Assembly (NCBI GenBank): GCA_038087875.1
Contig: CM075978.1
Span: 78,616,001-78,680,000 of the forward strand
DNA from: Malacoraja senta
Lineage: Eukaryota
Direction: 5' to 3'
Length of the DNA stretch: 64,000 nt
Part shown: one piece after another, positions 13,593-25,509 of the stretch
Position numbering within the stretch: position 1 is the first letter of the stretch
Layout: each line of letters starts with the position of its first letter
Position numbers and translations under genes: made by a program
Notes under the pieces: model-generated
Database searches by the model: none
The model's input: the letters and a program-made list of their open reading frames with translations, nothing else
What the model was told of the DNA's origin: nothing

Positions 13593-14048
13593 CCGGCCGC
13601 GCAGACAGATGGCCCGGAGCACTGGCAGCCATAGTAAATCGCTTTTAAAACATGGGGGGACACACAAATTCCCTGGCGGGCCGATGACAAGTGTGCATGA
13701 CAACGAACAAATTTATCTCCTCCCACTCCCACCTCCCCCCCTGACAACAAGAAGCACATTTTATTTATTGTTTAAACACAGTAATACCGTCCGGTTGCCT
13801 GCGGTACGCACGCAACGAGCTTCCACGCACAAAACTCATCTGAGCATCTTGAAATCAATCTCATGAGCACGAGTGAAAGATAGCCGGGCGATGCAGTGTC
13901 AATCAGCCCACATCGCACAGAGTGGAAAAGAATGAAATGGAAATTGCAAATTATTCAACTGCAACTTTCCCCCTTCCCCAACACAAAGGCAGCAATAACA
14001 TATTTGCCACATATTTAATCTTCTTCCTGAATATGCATAAAAGAGGCA

Positions 14049-14049
<1 letters not shown>

Positions 14050-14105
<56 letters not shown>
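14050..14105. repeat. (TA)28 microsatellite
   Basis: Perfect dinucleotide run. Confidence 0.98.
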
Positions 14106-14106
<1 letters not shown>

Positions 14107-14180
14107 CCTCCACTTTCTTCTGACCATGTCTTATGCAATATTCAGCAAGCCAACCTGGACAATTAGTTTGGTGTGACAGC

Positions 14181-14306
14181 TGTGCAGGAAGGAACTACAG
14201 ATGCTGGTTTTAACCGAAGATGGACACAAAAAGCTGGAGTAACTCAGCGGAATCGGCAGCATGTCTGGAGAGAAGGAATGGGTTTCGGGTCGAGACCCTT
14301 CAGACT
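14181..14306 (-). mobile_element. Short PLE-derived module with a degraded hammerhead core
   Basis: Same family as 31601-31733, with deletions in both CUGAAGA and the GUC cleavage site. Confidence 0.8.
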
Positions 14307-15312
14307 AGTAATGCGGTTATTGTTCCGAGCGCCAAATCCCTTCAGCTGTACCTGCAACTGAAGCTATGGGTGGATTAGTAATCCTTGAAGAGGCCCTTTG
14401 GATTAGTAGTCCTTGAAGCTGACACTTTGTTTTTATGTAGAGGGGTAATGGAGGTAAGGTATGTGATTTGAGAGTAATGTATCGTCTTTGGGGGGGAAAA
14501 AAGTACAACTTACTCGACACCGCTGCTAAAATGGCACTGTTAAATGCTCAAATTTCAAAAAAACAAAAGAACTGCAAATAAACGGAGAAAATACAGATTA
14601 TCTGGAGTTTTGTGCGTGGGAGCTTGTTGTGTGCGCATTACGCAGGCAACCAGACAGTATTACTGTGTTTAAACAATAAATAAAATGTGCTTCTTGTTGT
14701 CAAGGGGGAGGGGGGGAGTGGGAGAAGATAAAATTGTTCGTTGTCATGCACACTTGTCATCGGCCCGACAGTCCCCCATGTTTTAAAAGCGATTTACTAT
14801 GGCTGCCAGTGCCCCGGGCAGTCTGTTCCCACAGCCAGGGGAGGGTGAATCTCCCCATGTGTGGGTCGGGGTGGGGGGTGAATCACCTCCTGTGGGGGTC
14901 GGGTGCCGGTGGCGGTGCATCGCGGTCAGTGACTCTGGGTGTGCGGAGGGACCAGACTGTCCCCAACCCTGCTGCAGCTGACGGGGACATTGCCGGGTTT
15001 TCTTCCCCGTGTGTCCGCTGCCCGGAGTCGCGGCCCCGCTACACCCGGCCCCATGTGTGTGTGCGCTGCCGACCCACAGCCCACCACAGTGCGGCCGCAC
15101 GGGGGTGATGAGGCAGAGGGCGGCCGTGGCTGCGCTCCTTCGGCCGCTTACACCTTGGTGCTCGGGTTCAGAGTGCCCAATCACCCTCCAGCCCCGGGCG
15201 GTCTTGTGTGGGAAAATGACCCCCACCCTTCCGTCTCCCCCAGGCAGTGATGTGATGGACGTGGGGGTCTGGACCATTTGCTGACAAGTCCCCCCCCCCG
15301 GCGACGTCATGT

Positions 15313-15583
15313 CCGTTATTTAGCTTTTCGGTATGCGTCCGTTCGGTTAATTGACTTTTCGGCGTTACGCCCTTTCGGTTATTTGGCTTTTCAGCGACGT
15401 GCCCTTTCAGTTATTTAGCATTTAGGCATCCTGCCCTTTCGGTTATTTGGCTTTTCGGCATTGCATCCGTTCGGTTATTTGGCTTTTCAACGTCGCATCC
15501 GTTCGGTTAGTTGGCTTTTCGGCGTTGAGCCCTTTCAGTTATTTGGCTTTTCGGCATCGTACGCTTTCGGTTATTTGGCTTCC
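15313..15583 (-). repeat. Subterminal array, right arm: 9 constant units and 8 variable spacers
   Basis: Reverse complement of the 12777-13010 unit. Confidence 0.95.
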
Positions 15584-15711
15584 ACTTTTTCACTTCGGCT
15601 ACTCATCCTTCGATGCCACATCCGCACACGGCTTTATAACATCAAGGAAAAAGCAATCTTCTTTATCGGTACCCACTTATCCACCATCCTGCGGATGCAT
15701 TCACAGGCACA

Positions 15712-17683
15712 ATACATAGATACATAGATACATAGAAAATAGGTGCAGGAGTAGGCCATTCGGCCCTTCGAGCCTGCACTGCCATTCAATATGATCATGG
15801 CTGATCATCCAACTCAGTATCCCGTACCTGCCTTCTCTCCATACCCCCGGATCCCTTTAGCCACAAGGGCCACATCTAACTCCCTCTTAAATATAGCCAA
15901 TGAACTGGCCTCAACTACCCTCTGTGGCAGAGAGTTCCAGAGATTCACCGCTCTCTGTGTGAAAAAGTTTTTCCTCATCTCGGTCTTAAAGGATTTCCCC
16001 CTTATCCTTAAGCTGTGGCCCCTTGTCCTGGACTTCCCCAACATCGGGAACAATCTTCCTGCATCTAGCCTGTCCAACCCCATAAGAATTTTGTACGTTT
16101 CTATAAGATCCCCTCTCAATCTCCTAAATTCTAGCGAGTATAAGCCAAGTCTATCCAGTCTTTCTTCATATGAAAGTCCTGACATCCCAGGAATCAGTCT
16201 GGTGAACCTTCTCTGCACTCCCTCTATGGCTATAATGTCCTTCCTCAGATTTGGAGACCAAAACTGTACGCAATACTCCAGGTGTGGTCTCACCAAGACC
16301 CTGTACAACTGCAGTAGAACCTCCCTGCTCCGATACTCAAATCCTCTTGCTATGAAGGCCAACATACCATTCGCTTTCTTCACTACCTGCTGCACCTGCA
16401 TGCCTACTTTCAATGACTGGTGTACCATGACACCCAGGTCTCGCTGCATCTCCCCATTTCCTAATCGGCCACCATTTAGATAATAGTCTGCCTTCCCGTT
16501 TTTGCCACCAAAGTGGATAACCTCACATTTATCCACATTATACTGCATCTGCCAAACATTTGCCCACTCACCCAGCCTATCCAAGTCACCTTGCAGTCTC
16601 CTAGCATCCTCCTCACAGCTAACACTGCCCCCCAGCTTAGTGTCATCCGCAAATTTGGAGATGTTGCTTTCAATTCCCTCGTCCAGATCATTAATATAAA
16701 TTGTAAATAGCTGGGGTCCCAGCACTGAGCCTTGCGGTACCCCACTAGTCACTGCCTGCCACTGTGAAAAGGACCCGTTTACTCCTACTCTTTGCTTCCT
16801 GTTTGCCAGCCAGTTCTCTATCCACATCAATACTGAACCTCCAATACCGTGTGATTTAAGTTTGTATCCTAATCTCTTATGTGGTACCTTGTCGAAAGCC
16901 TTCTGAAAGTCCAGATACAACACATCCACTGGTTCTCCCCTATCCACTCTACTAGTTACATCCTCGAAAAATTCTATAAGATTCGTCAGACACGATTTGC
17001 CTTTCGTAAATCCATGCTGACTTTGTCCAATGATTTCACCACTTTCCAAATGTGCTGCTATCCCATCTTTAATAACTGACTCTAGCAGTTTCCCCACTAC
17101 CGATGTTAGACTAACTGGTCTGTAATTCCCCGTTTTCTCTCTCCCTCCCTTCTTAAAAAGTGGGGTTACGTTTGCTACCCTCCAATCCTCAGGAACTACT
17201 CCAGAATCTAAAGAGTTTTGAAAAATTATCACTAATACATCCACTATTTCTGGAGCTACTTCCTTAAGTACTCTGGGATGCAGCCTATCTGGCCCTGGTG
17301 ATTTATCGGCCTTTAATCCATTCAATTTACCCAACACCACTTACCGACTAACCTGGATTTCACTCAGTTCCTCCCTCTCCTTTGACCCGCGGCCCCCTGC
17401 TATTTCCGGCAGATTATTTATGTCTTCCTTAGTGAAGACGGAACCAAAGTAGTTATTCAATTGGTCCGCCATATCCTTGTTCCCCATGATCAATTCACCT
17501 GTTTCTGACTGCAAGGGACCTACATTTGTTTTAACTAATCTCTTTCTCTTCACATATCTATAAAAACTTTTGCAGTCAGTTTTTATGTTCCCTGCCAGTT
17601 TCCTTTCATAATCTATTTTCCCTTTCCTAATTAAGCCCTTTGTCCTCCTCTGCTGGTCTCTGAATTTCTCCCAGTCCTCTGGT
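15712..17683 (-). mobile_element. Young CR1 LINE, 5'-truncated; RT ORF 15814-17340 open (508 aa) with one upstream in-frame stop at 17341-17343
   Basis: NYRPVSLTS, YLDFQKAFDKV, GVPQGSVLGP, KFADDTKL motifs; (TATGTATC)n tail. Confidence 0.97.
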
Positions 17684-17699
17684 CCTCCAATAGAGTTAC

Positions 17700-19895
17700 T
17701 GTGGAGGCACCAAATGTCGTGAGTAAACGGTTTCTTTATTCAGGCATTGAAGGTTAGATATACATGCACGTTTAATCCTCTAAACAAAAGTAATTGTTGC
17801 TGCTGCGAGGCTGTAGCCTCGTGGGCTTGAGCCGAGCTCCTGCTGAGGTGGCAGGACACTCATGCGAAGAGAGAGGAGGAGGAAGAGAGAGGGAAGACTG
17901 ACCCGGGGTTCGTTATATACTAGGGCACAACCCTATACCCCATGACAACTCCTTCCTGCCATTGCCCAGTCACGTGACCCTACACCCGACTGCCGAGGGT
18001 TCGCATAGCAAGTGGCCTAACCACTAGGTGCCGCCACTGGACCCCCCCCCCCCAGAACCGGAGGCAGGAAAACAAGCAGGCCGACAAAACGTGGCAGCCT
18101 GAGCTCGTAAACACACAGGCAGACCGTGAGGGCAGACGTTGAAAAGGGATAGAGTGCGCTCATCTTCTACCGGAAGGTGCGCAAGCATGGTCGAGGGCGG
18201 CTCCTGCTGTGGGTCGGGGGCACGGCCATGGGTCGGGACAGTGGGGCCCGCGGGCACAGTCGACGCTCGTTGTGAGCCAACCCGGCCGTAGGCCGAGGGA
18301 TGCAAGGAGACCAACGCAAAAGCCGCAGGATGGACGAGATACAGACCCATCACGTCGACCAGCAGGGGATCGTGTCCTGAGATATATGGCAGCCTGCGAC
18401 GGCTGGGAGACGTCGGCAACAATGCAAATACAACAACGAAGAAATAACTAGAAACTAATAGCAATATTATGCTCGGTTATTACAGTGTAAAATGAAAAAC
18501 AACTACAGTGAGCAAACATACAGCAGTCCAAAGTGGTCAGATGCCGAAGTTTCTATGGTTCGAATCAAGCAGGGTAGGACTGAAAACCAAAGTTCGAATT
18601 ATCCAATGTATGATTAGAAGCTGTGCTTGAGCCTGTAGTGTTAACGGCGGTCAGACCGCAGGGACACCATCCGGCCGGAAGGTGGCGCTGTTGACGCCGG
18701 TCAAAGCAGGTCGAGCGTCGGCCCCCTCCGACGGGGTAAAATGTTGACCTCCGCACCCGGAAATAGAAACGCCGCATCCGGTCAGCCGCGGCGGCCATTT
18801 TGGCAGTCGACCCGGTGGCCATGTGGGCAGCAGCCGCGGCGGCCATTTTAGCAGCCTTCTGAGGCGAATCCCAGATGTGAACGGGGCGGCCGGCATCGAC
18901 GGGCCTCACCCCACCGCTGCAGGTAGGAGTTCCACATACCGTCGCCGGCGGCTCTCGAGACCGGCTGCGCCGCCGTGCCTTTGGCGGAGACTGGAAGCGG
19001 CCGAGGAATCCGTCGCGGGACCGAGTCTCCACCCCGCTGCTGGGCCGACCACAGCCTAACCGGACGGGCCACCAGCGGCCGGGGATCTTCGGAAACCGCA
19101 AGGAGCAGGCGGATATCAGCGGACATCCGCCCCAGGTAAGCCTGCTGGACAGGGAGGGAGGGCCGGCAGCCGTGATCAAGGCCGGGATCGAGCCCATCGA
19201 CCTGAATGCCTGCGATCAGTGAGACCAGGCTCAGGCGGGAAGCAAGCGGCCGACTACGGTGGCGGGGCCCAAAGGCACGTTACTGGCGGGAGCCGAGCGG
19301 CCCGGTCGCGGCGGCGGGGCCCAAGGCGGAGTCGGCGCAGAGTTGATGGCTGCATCCATAGCGGTAATCACTGTCGCGCTGGGATGCCGGCTGCAGACAT
19401 CAGGTCACCACGGTCGAGGTGGGTGGTCGGCTGCGTGCATCGGGAAATCCAAAATAACCGTTTTCGGAGCGTCGGGTCACCAATGTAGAGGTGGGTGGTC
19501 GGCTGTGTTCGTCAGGAAATCCAAAATATTCGTTTTGGAACGTTGGGTGACCAATGTAAAGGCACCAAACGTCGTGAATAAACGGTTTCTTTATTCAGGC
19601 ATTAAAGGTTAGATATACATGCACGTTTAGTCCCCTTTTGTTTAAAGTCATCGTTGCTGCTGTGATGGTGTAGCCTCATGGGCTCGTGCTGAGCTCCTGC
19701 TGAGGTGGCAGGACACTCACGCGAAGAGAGAGGAAGAGGAAGAGAGAGGAAAGATTGACCCGGGGTTTGTTATATACCAGGGCATACCCCTATACCCCAT
19801 GACAACTCCTTCCCGCCATTGCCCAGCCACGTGACGCTACACCCAACTGCCGAGGGTTCGCATAGCAAGTGGCCTAACCACTGGATGCTGCCACA
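17700..19895 (-). mobile_element. Non-autonomous Gypsy-type LTR retrotransposon, 2.2 kb
   Basis: Direct repeats 17700-18038 and 19555-19895; TTAC TSD (17696-17699, 19896-19899); poly-G PPT beside the 3' LTR; tRNA-Trp-like PBS beside the 5' LTR; no recognisable gag or pol. Confidence 0.9.
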
Positions 19896-20384
19896 TTACT
19901 CGGTGCATAGCTGACAGAATGAATTCCAATAACTCAAAGCCATACTGAGAGTGTTTTCCAAACCCAGTTAGAAACACAAGTACACGGCATTATGAATTCC
20001 ATCATCTTTGTTTACTTTCAAGTCAATTGTCATCTTGACTTGAAAATATAATCCTGTTTATTCATCACAATAAATAATACCTTCATCACAAAGACTGCAC
20101 CAATTCAAGAAGGTGGTTCACCTCCAGTTTTTCAAGGCCAATTGAAGATTAGCAGTAAATGCTGACTACAGAACCAGATCTCATGGTGAATAAAAGTACA
20201 TAGATTAGCCAAGTTGTTAAAATTATATAGGAATTGCAAAAACAGATTACTCTATTTTTTACCCACAGAAGCACTTTAGGAACATGGGTTGTACAGGTAG
20301 AGCTATATAAAACAGAGGTTGTATCTGAATAACTGTGCTGGGTTAGTTAATAGTTGGAGCAGAATTAATCATCAGAGAATCATA

Positions 20385-20725
20385 TAAAGATACAGTATGT
20401 AACTAGGTCCCTTGGCCCACAGGGTCCATGCCAACAATCAACCACCTCTTTGTTTAATCATACAATAATCCCAGTATTTATTCTCCCGCCTTCTCATCAA
20501 ACTCCCCCCGATCCTACCACGCACCTGCACATTGGGAGAAATTTACAGTAGCAAATTAATCTACCAACCTATAAATCTTTGGGATGTGGGAGAAAACCGG
20601 AGCATCTAGAAGAAACACAAGCGGTCACAGGGAGAACATGCAAACTCGACACAGACAGGACCCGAGAGCAGGATTGAACACCTGTCTCTGGTACAGTGAG
20701 GCGGCTCTCTAATAGCTGTGCCGGT
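20385..20725 (-). mobile_element. Older HE1/V-SINE copy
   Basis: TCTTTGGGATGTGGGAGAAAACCGGAG central domain and tRNA-like head. Confidence 0.8.
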
Positions 20726-21197
20726 GTGCTGACCACTCAGTAGCACATTCGTTTTGAATTTCATAACCAATTAGACATTCAGTATATATAGTTAAAAACG
20801 CATAGCAAACATTATATGTGATAGATTCTTGTATTCCCTGCATTACAAAAGGAGGAAAGGAAAATGGACAACAGGCACATAGGGCTGCCCAAGTTTATCA
20901 ATGATTGCTGAAAGTTATCCCAGTATCTAGAAGGCTAGTCAAAGAATTGATACTCCTCGCTGATGGGAGAAAGAAGACTACACATGTCATATGTCAAGCC
21001 AGAAGTGTTCAAAGTATGTTCTCCTCTCCTAAATTGTGAGGGCCTTAACTTTTCTTTTGACTTCTGTTTTCTTCGTCAAAGCTGTTTCCATGGACACTCG
21101 CTTGGGCCCCAGCGATACCTGGCTTTTCATTGGATTTACGTGGAACACTCTTTATTCCAAAGGTACCCTGGCACACTTCCCCAACTCTTTCTCCACA

Positions 21198-21790
21198 AAG
21201 CCTGATGAAGCTGTTCCTGAACCTGGTGGTCACTGTTTTCAGACTCCTGTACCTTCTTCTCGATGGCAGGAGTGAAATGAGAACATGGCCAGGGTGGTGA
21301 GGGTCTTGACAATGCTGGCTGCCTTTTTGAGGCTGCACCTCCCTTTGATGGTGGGGAGGTCAGTACCTACGATGGACCAGGCAGGGTCCACTACTTTTCG
21401 TAATCTCATATGTTTCTGGGAGTTTGCTTTGCCGAACCAGACCGTGATGCAACCAGTCAATATGCTCTCTACCGTACACCTGTACAAATTCAAGAGAGCA
21501 TTCGGCAACATACCAAATCCCCTCATTCTTCTAAGGAAGTAGAGGCGTGGATGGTATTTCTTTATAATTGAATCAATGATTGGGCCCAGGACAGATCTTC
21601 AGAGATATGCAGGCCCAGAAACTTGAAGCTGTTGACTCTCTCCATCACTGACCCGTTGATGAAGACAGGTTTATGGATCATTGGCCTTCCTTTTCTAAAG
21701 TCAACAATCAGCTCCTTGGTCTTTTGATGTTGAATGTGTTGTTCTGGCACCATTCAATCAAACAATCAATCTCCCTCCTATACTCCGACT
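21198..21790 (-). mobile_element. Rex1/Babar LINE 3' fragment
   Basis: KTKELIVDFRK, SFKFLGLHISEDLSW, YRCTVESILTGCITVWFG, TTRFRNSF. Confidence 0.85.
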
Positions 21791-23021
21791 GTGGTTTCGA
21801 TTGAGGCACAACATGCAAACTAGAGAACAGGAATAGATTGGGAAATCAGAAGCTGCAAACAGACTAAGCTCTGCTCAGTTGAAGGCAGATGTTGCACCTT
21901 GGGAGGCCACGATCCAATAGCCTACTTTTGGTGAAACAGCAATAATAATTGAATTAATAGCATGTATCCCACTGCTCTGTGCATACTTGACCATGAGAGA
22001 ATTCGTAGTGATCGGAATTCTTCAACGACTTACCAATTTCACTCCCTTAATCAGATTTACACAAAATGCATTGTGTCCTGATTGCTACGTTTGTCTCTGC
22101 CAGAGGCCCTCGCAGCTTCTAAAAATCACAGGCTATCAGCTAAGAACACTTAAACTACTGGAGCAGAAATGCAAGCCCCTCTGATAAATTCACATACAAA
22201 GCTTTTATGATAAATGGTATAGCTTAAAAAGTGGATTGAGAACTAATGCTGAGGAAAAGTTATTAGGACATAAGAAAGAGAAGGATCAGGCCAAGTGGAC
22301 CATGATACCTCGGCCCCTTATGTAAATCATAAATAGAGACTGTAAATGGTTGAAGCCATGTGGCTTTGCACCAGTTTCGGTCTGCCATCCTGAATATGAC
22401 CGTACTCTCTCCTTCGATCTGTTAATCAATACTCTATCTATGGTAAATATTGACCTCAACATTATGAGGCATTATCTTGTGCAACCACCTTTTTATTTTG
22501 GTCCTTGTCAAACTTGCTGAACTTTTGAAACTACCAACAAAGTTTGTAAATTTAACGCCAATACAAGTAAACTTGGTTAAAGTTTTGAACCAACGCAACT
22601 GCTATGATAAAGGCTTCACACAGCATCACTGTTGTCAGATTAGATTAGCCACTCTTGACCTCAGGAAACTCATGGAATTAAATCAAAAACAGCAGTTAAT
22701 TTTTTAATGATCTACTAATATATTTAAATTGGCAATCTGGCCCACAATTGATTGAATTTCCCAATCATAGCCTGATAAACTCAAGTTAGATTTGGAAGAG
22801 ATTATCGCTCAGAAAATTGAAATGGGAGTTCTTTTGTACACTTCCTTTTGTACAGTTAACCCACTTTCCTGGCGCCATTTTCAGGGGTTAGAATTCATGC
22901 CTCCACCCCTCTACGCCTTTATTTCCGATTTTGGACAGTATATTTTGGATTGGATATATGAGAAAACACGAGATGTATTAAAATGGCACTAGCAAACAAG
23001 GGTTATATTGTTTGCCAGTTA

Positions 23022-24639
23022 CAGTGCCCTCCATAATGTTTGGGACAAAGACCCATCATTTATTTATTTGCATCTGTACTCCACAATTTGAGATTTGTAA
23101 TAGAAAAAAATCACGTTGTTAAAGTGCACATTGTCAGATTTTAATAAAGGCCATTTTTATACATTTTGGTTTCACCATGTAGAAATTACAGCAGAGTTTA
23201 TACATAGTCCCCCATTTCAGGGCACCATAATGTTTAGGACACAGCAATGTCATGTAAATGAAAGTAATCATGTTTAGTATTTTGTTGCATATCCTTTGCA
23301 TGCAATAACTGCTTGAAGTATGTGATTCATGGCATCACCAGTTGCTGGGTGTCTTATCTGGTGATGCTCTGCCAGGCCTGTATTGCAGCCATCTTTAGCT
23401 AATGCTTGTTTTGGGGGCTAGTCCCCTTCAGTTTTCTCTTCAGTATATAAAAGGCATGCTCAATTGGGTTCAGATCGGGTGATTGACGGCCACTCAAGAA
23501 TTGACCATTTTTTAGCTTTGAAAATCTCCTTTGTAGCTTTAGCAGTATGCTTGGGATCATTGTCTTGCTGTAGAATGAACCGCCGCCAATGAGTTTTGAG
23601 GCATTTGTTTGAACTTAGGCAGATAGGATGTGTCTATACACTTCAGAATTCATTATGCTGCTACCATTAGCAGTTGTATCATCAACGAAGATAAGTGAGC
23701 CAGTACCTTCAGCAGCCATACATGCCCAGGCCATAATACCCCCACCAACATGTTTCACAGATGAGGTGGTATGCTTTGGATCTTGGGCAGTTCCTTCTCT
23801 CCTCCATATTTTACTCTTGCCATCACTCTGACACAAGTTAATCTTCATCTCATCTGTCCACAAGAACTTGTTCCGGAACTGTGGTTGCTCTTTTAAGTAC
23901 TTCTTGGCAAACTGTAACCTGGCCATGCTATTTATGTGGCTAACCAGTGGTTTGCATCTTGCAGTGTAGCCTCTGTATTTCTGTTCTTCTGCAGACAGTG
24001 GTCATTGACAAATCCACACCTGACTCCTGAAGAGTGCTTCTGATCTGTCAGACAGGTGTTTGGGTTTTTTTCCTTTATTGTAGAGAGAATTCTTCTGTCA
24101 TCAGCTGTGGAGGTCTTCCTTGGCCTGCCAGTCGTTTTGCGATTAGTAAGCTCATCATTTTCTTCTTAATGATGTTCCAAACAATTGATTTTGGTAAGCT
24201 TAAGGTTTGGCTGATGTCTAACAGTTTTATTCTTGTTTCTCAGTCTCATAATGGCCTCTTTGACTTTCATTGGCACAACTTTGGAAACTTTTATTGCTGT
24301 TTATCCACATGAGGACCAAAGGTGATGGAAAGACTGGAGGAAAGACGACTTGCTGAAAGCTCTCTGCTATCTGCATTAAGGAGGTAATTAAACTCGCCTG
24401 AGCAATTACAAATGCCTGTGAAGGCATCCGAAACATTATGGTGCCCTGAAATGGGGGGACTATGTATAAACACAGCTGTAATTTCTACATGGTGAAACCA
24501 AAATGTATAAAAAATAACCTTTAATAAAATGTGCACTTTAACCACATGTAATTTTTTTTATTACAAATCTCAAATTATGGAGTACAGAGGCAAATAAATA
24601 AATGAAGGGTCTTTGTCCCAAACATTATGGAGAGCACTG
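23022..24639 (-). mobile_element. Tc1-family DNA transposon (IR/DR type) with a decayed transposase
   Basis: TA TSDs; ~220-nt TIRs starting CAGTGC with repeated CCATAATGTTTGGGAC; peptides ARLQFAKKY, LWTDEMKI, VKHVGGGIMAWACM. Confidence 0.95.
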
Positions 24640-25359
24640 TACATGGTTAGTTGGAACAAGATTAGGATTTTTTTTCTTACAGCAAAGAAATGAGAGATTT
24701 GGAAAAAAATAATATCAGAAATAGTTAATACTCAGTAAAGAAAGAGCAGCTATCTTCAGCTGCTAAAGCCACAGTAAAATAGGAATGCGGATCAATAGTT
24801 TTTGAAACGGGAATTGGATTAATCCTTGAAGGAGAAAGTATTGCAAGGGCTTGAGGAAAGAGTAAGGGATCAACCATAAACTTACTAAATGGAGGATCAC
24901 GTTTGACTGGCCATTGTATTTGTTATATTCTTATTAGTGAGTCTTTGAATAGGTTGCCATACACTTGATAGGCAAAATGCCTTCCTTCTTTCTGCATTGT
25001 AGAAAAGAAAGCAAGTGCAGCCTTTAAAATATAGCAATTTTCATAACCTCAGAAAGTGCCAATGTAAACAATCCTAAACCCAGAAGCATATGGGTTGAAG
25101 CCATGCAAGTTTAAGGACTGGAAGAAATTCTAGATCTTTGAGATTCAGCTTGGACAGGGGACTAGTTTCCTTTATGGGACTATTTGTTCATTCTTGTCTG
25201 TCTATGGATAAGCTGCTAACCCTGTTTTCTTTCTGCATTGTGTCAGCATTCCCTCAATTCCAGGCACATTTCCTGTGGCTCTAAGACCCCAAATAATTTA
25301 CTGATGGAAGAAGTATTAATTTTATTTGGATCCTCCACTCTTCAATATTGAGAATTTTA

Positions 25360-25509
<150 letters not shown>

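Larger units (their letters stand above)
12729..15630. mobile_element. Fold-back (Mutator-like) non-autonomous DNA transposon with ~1.1-kb inverted arms (12729-13837 and 14605-15630)
   Basis: The arms are reverse complements along most of their length; flanked by GCTTATAAC (12720-12728) and GCTTTATAAC (15631-15640); subterminal tandem arrays; no transposase ORF. Confidence 0.85.
12470..20170 (+). mobile_element. Old LINE RT C-terminal/3' fragment broken into pieces (12470-12728, 15631-15710, 17684-17699, 19896-20170)
   Basis: LTFNFITFAESLTIRILGIIVDHKFNWTSHMN resembles a LINE RT thumb region; the pieces read as continuous once the three insertions are removed; outer limits approximate. Confidence 0.55.

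Noticed and set aside
13899-14176. ORFs with YIYIYI repeats
   Set aside because: Translation of the (TA)28 microsatellite.
12777-15583. CRISPR-like repeat-spacer arrays
   Set aside because: The spacers are only ~13 nt and related to each other, the arrays are mirror parts of transposon arms, there are no cas genes, and the context is a vertebrate intron.
15791-16483. 230-aa plus-strand ORF (also 46643-46870 and 46943-47365)
   Set aside because: Antisense shadow of CR1 ORF2; it is interrupted by a stop in the near-identical second copy.
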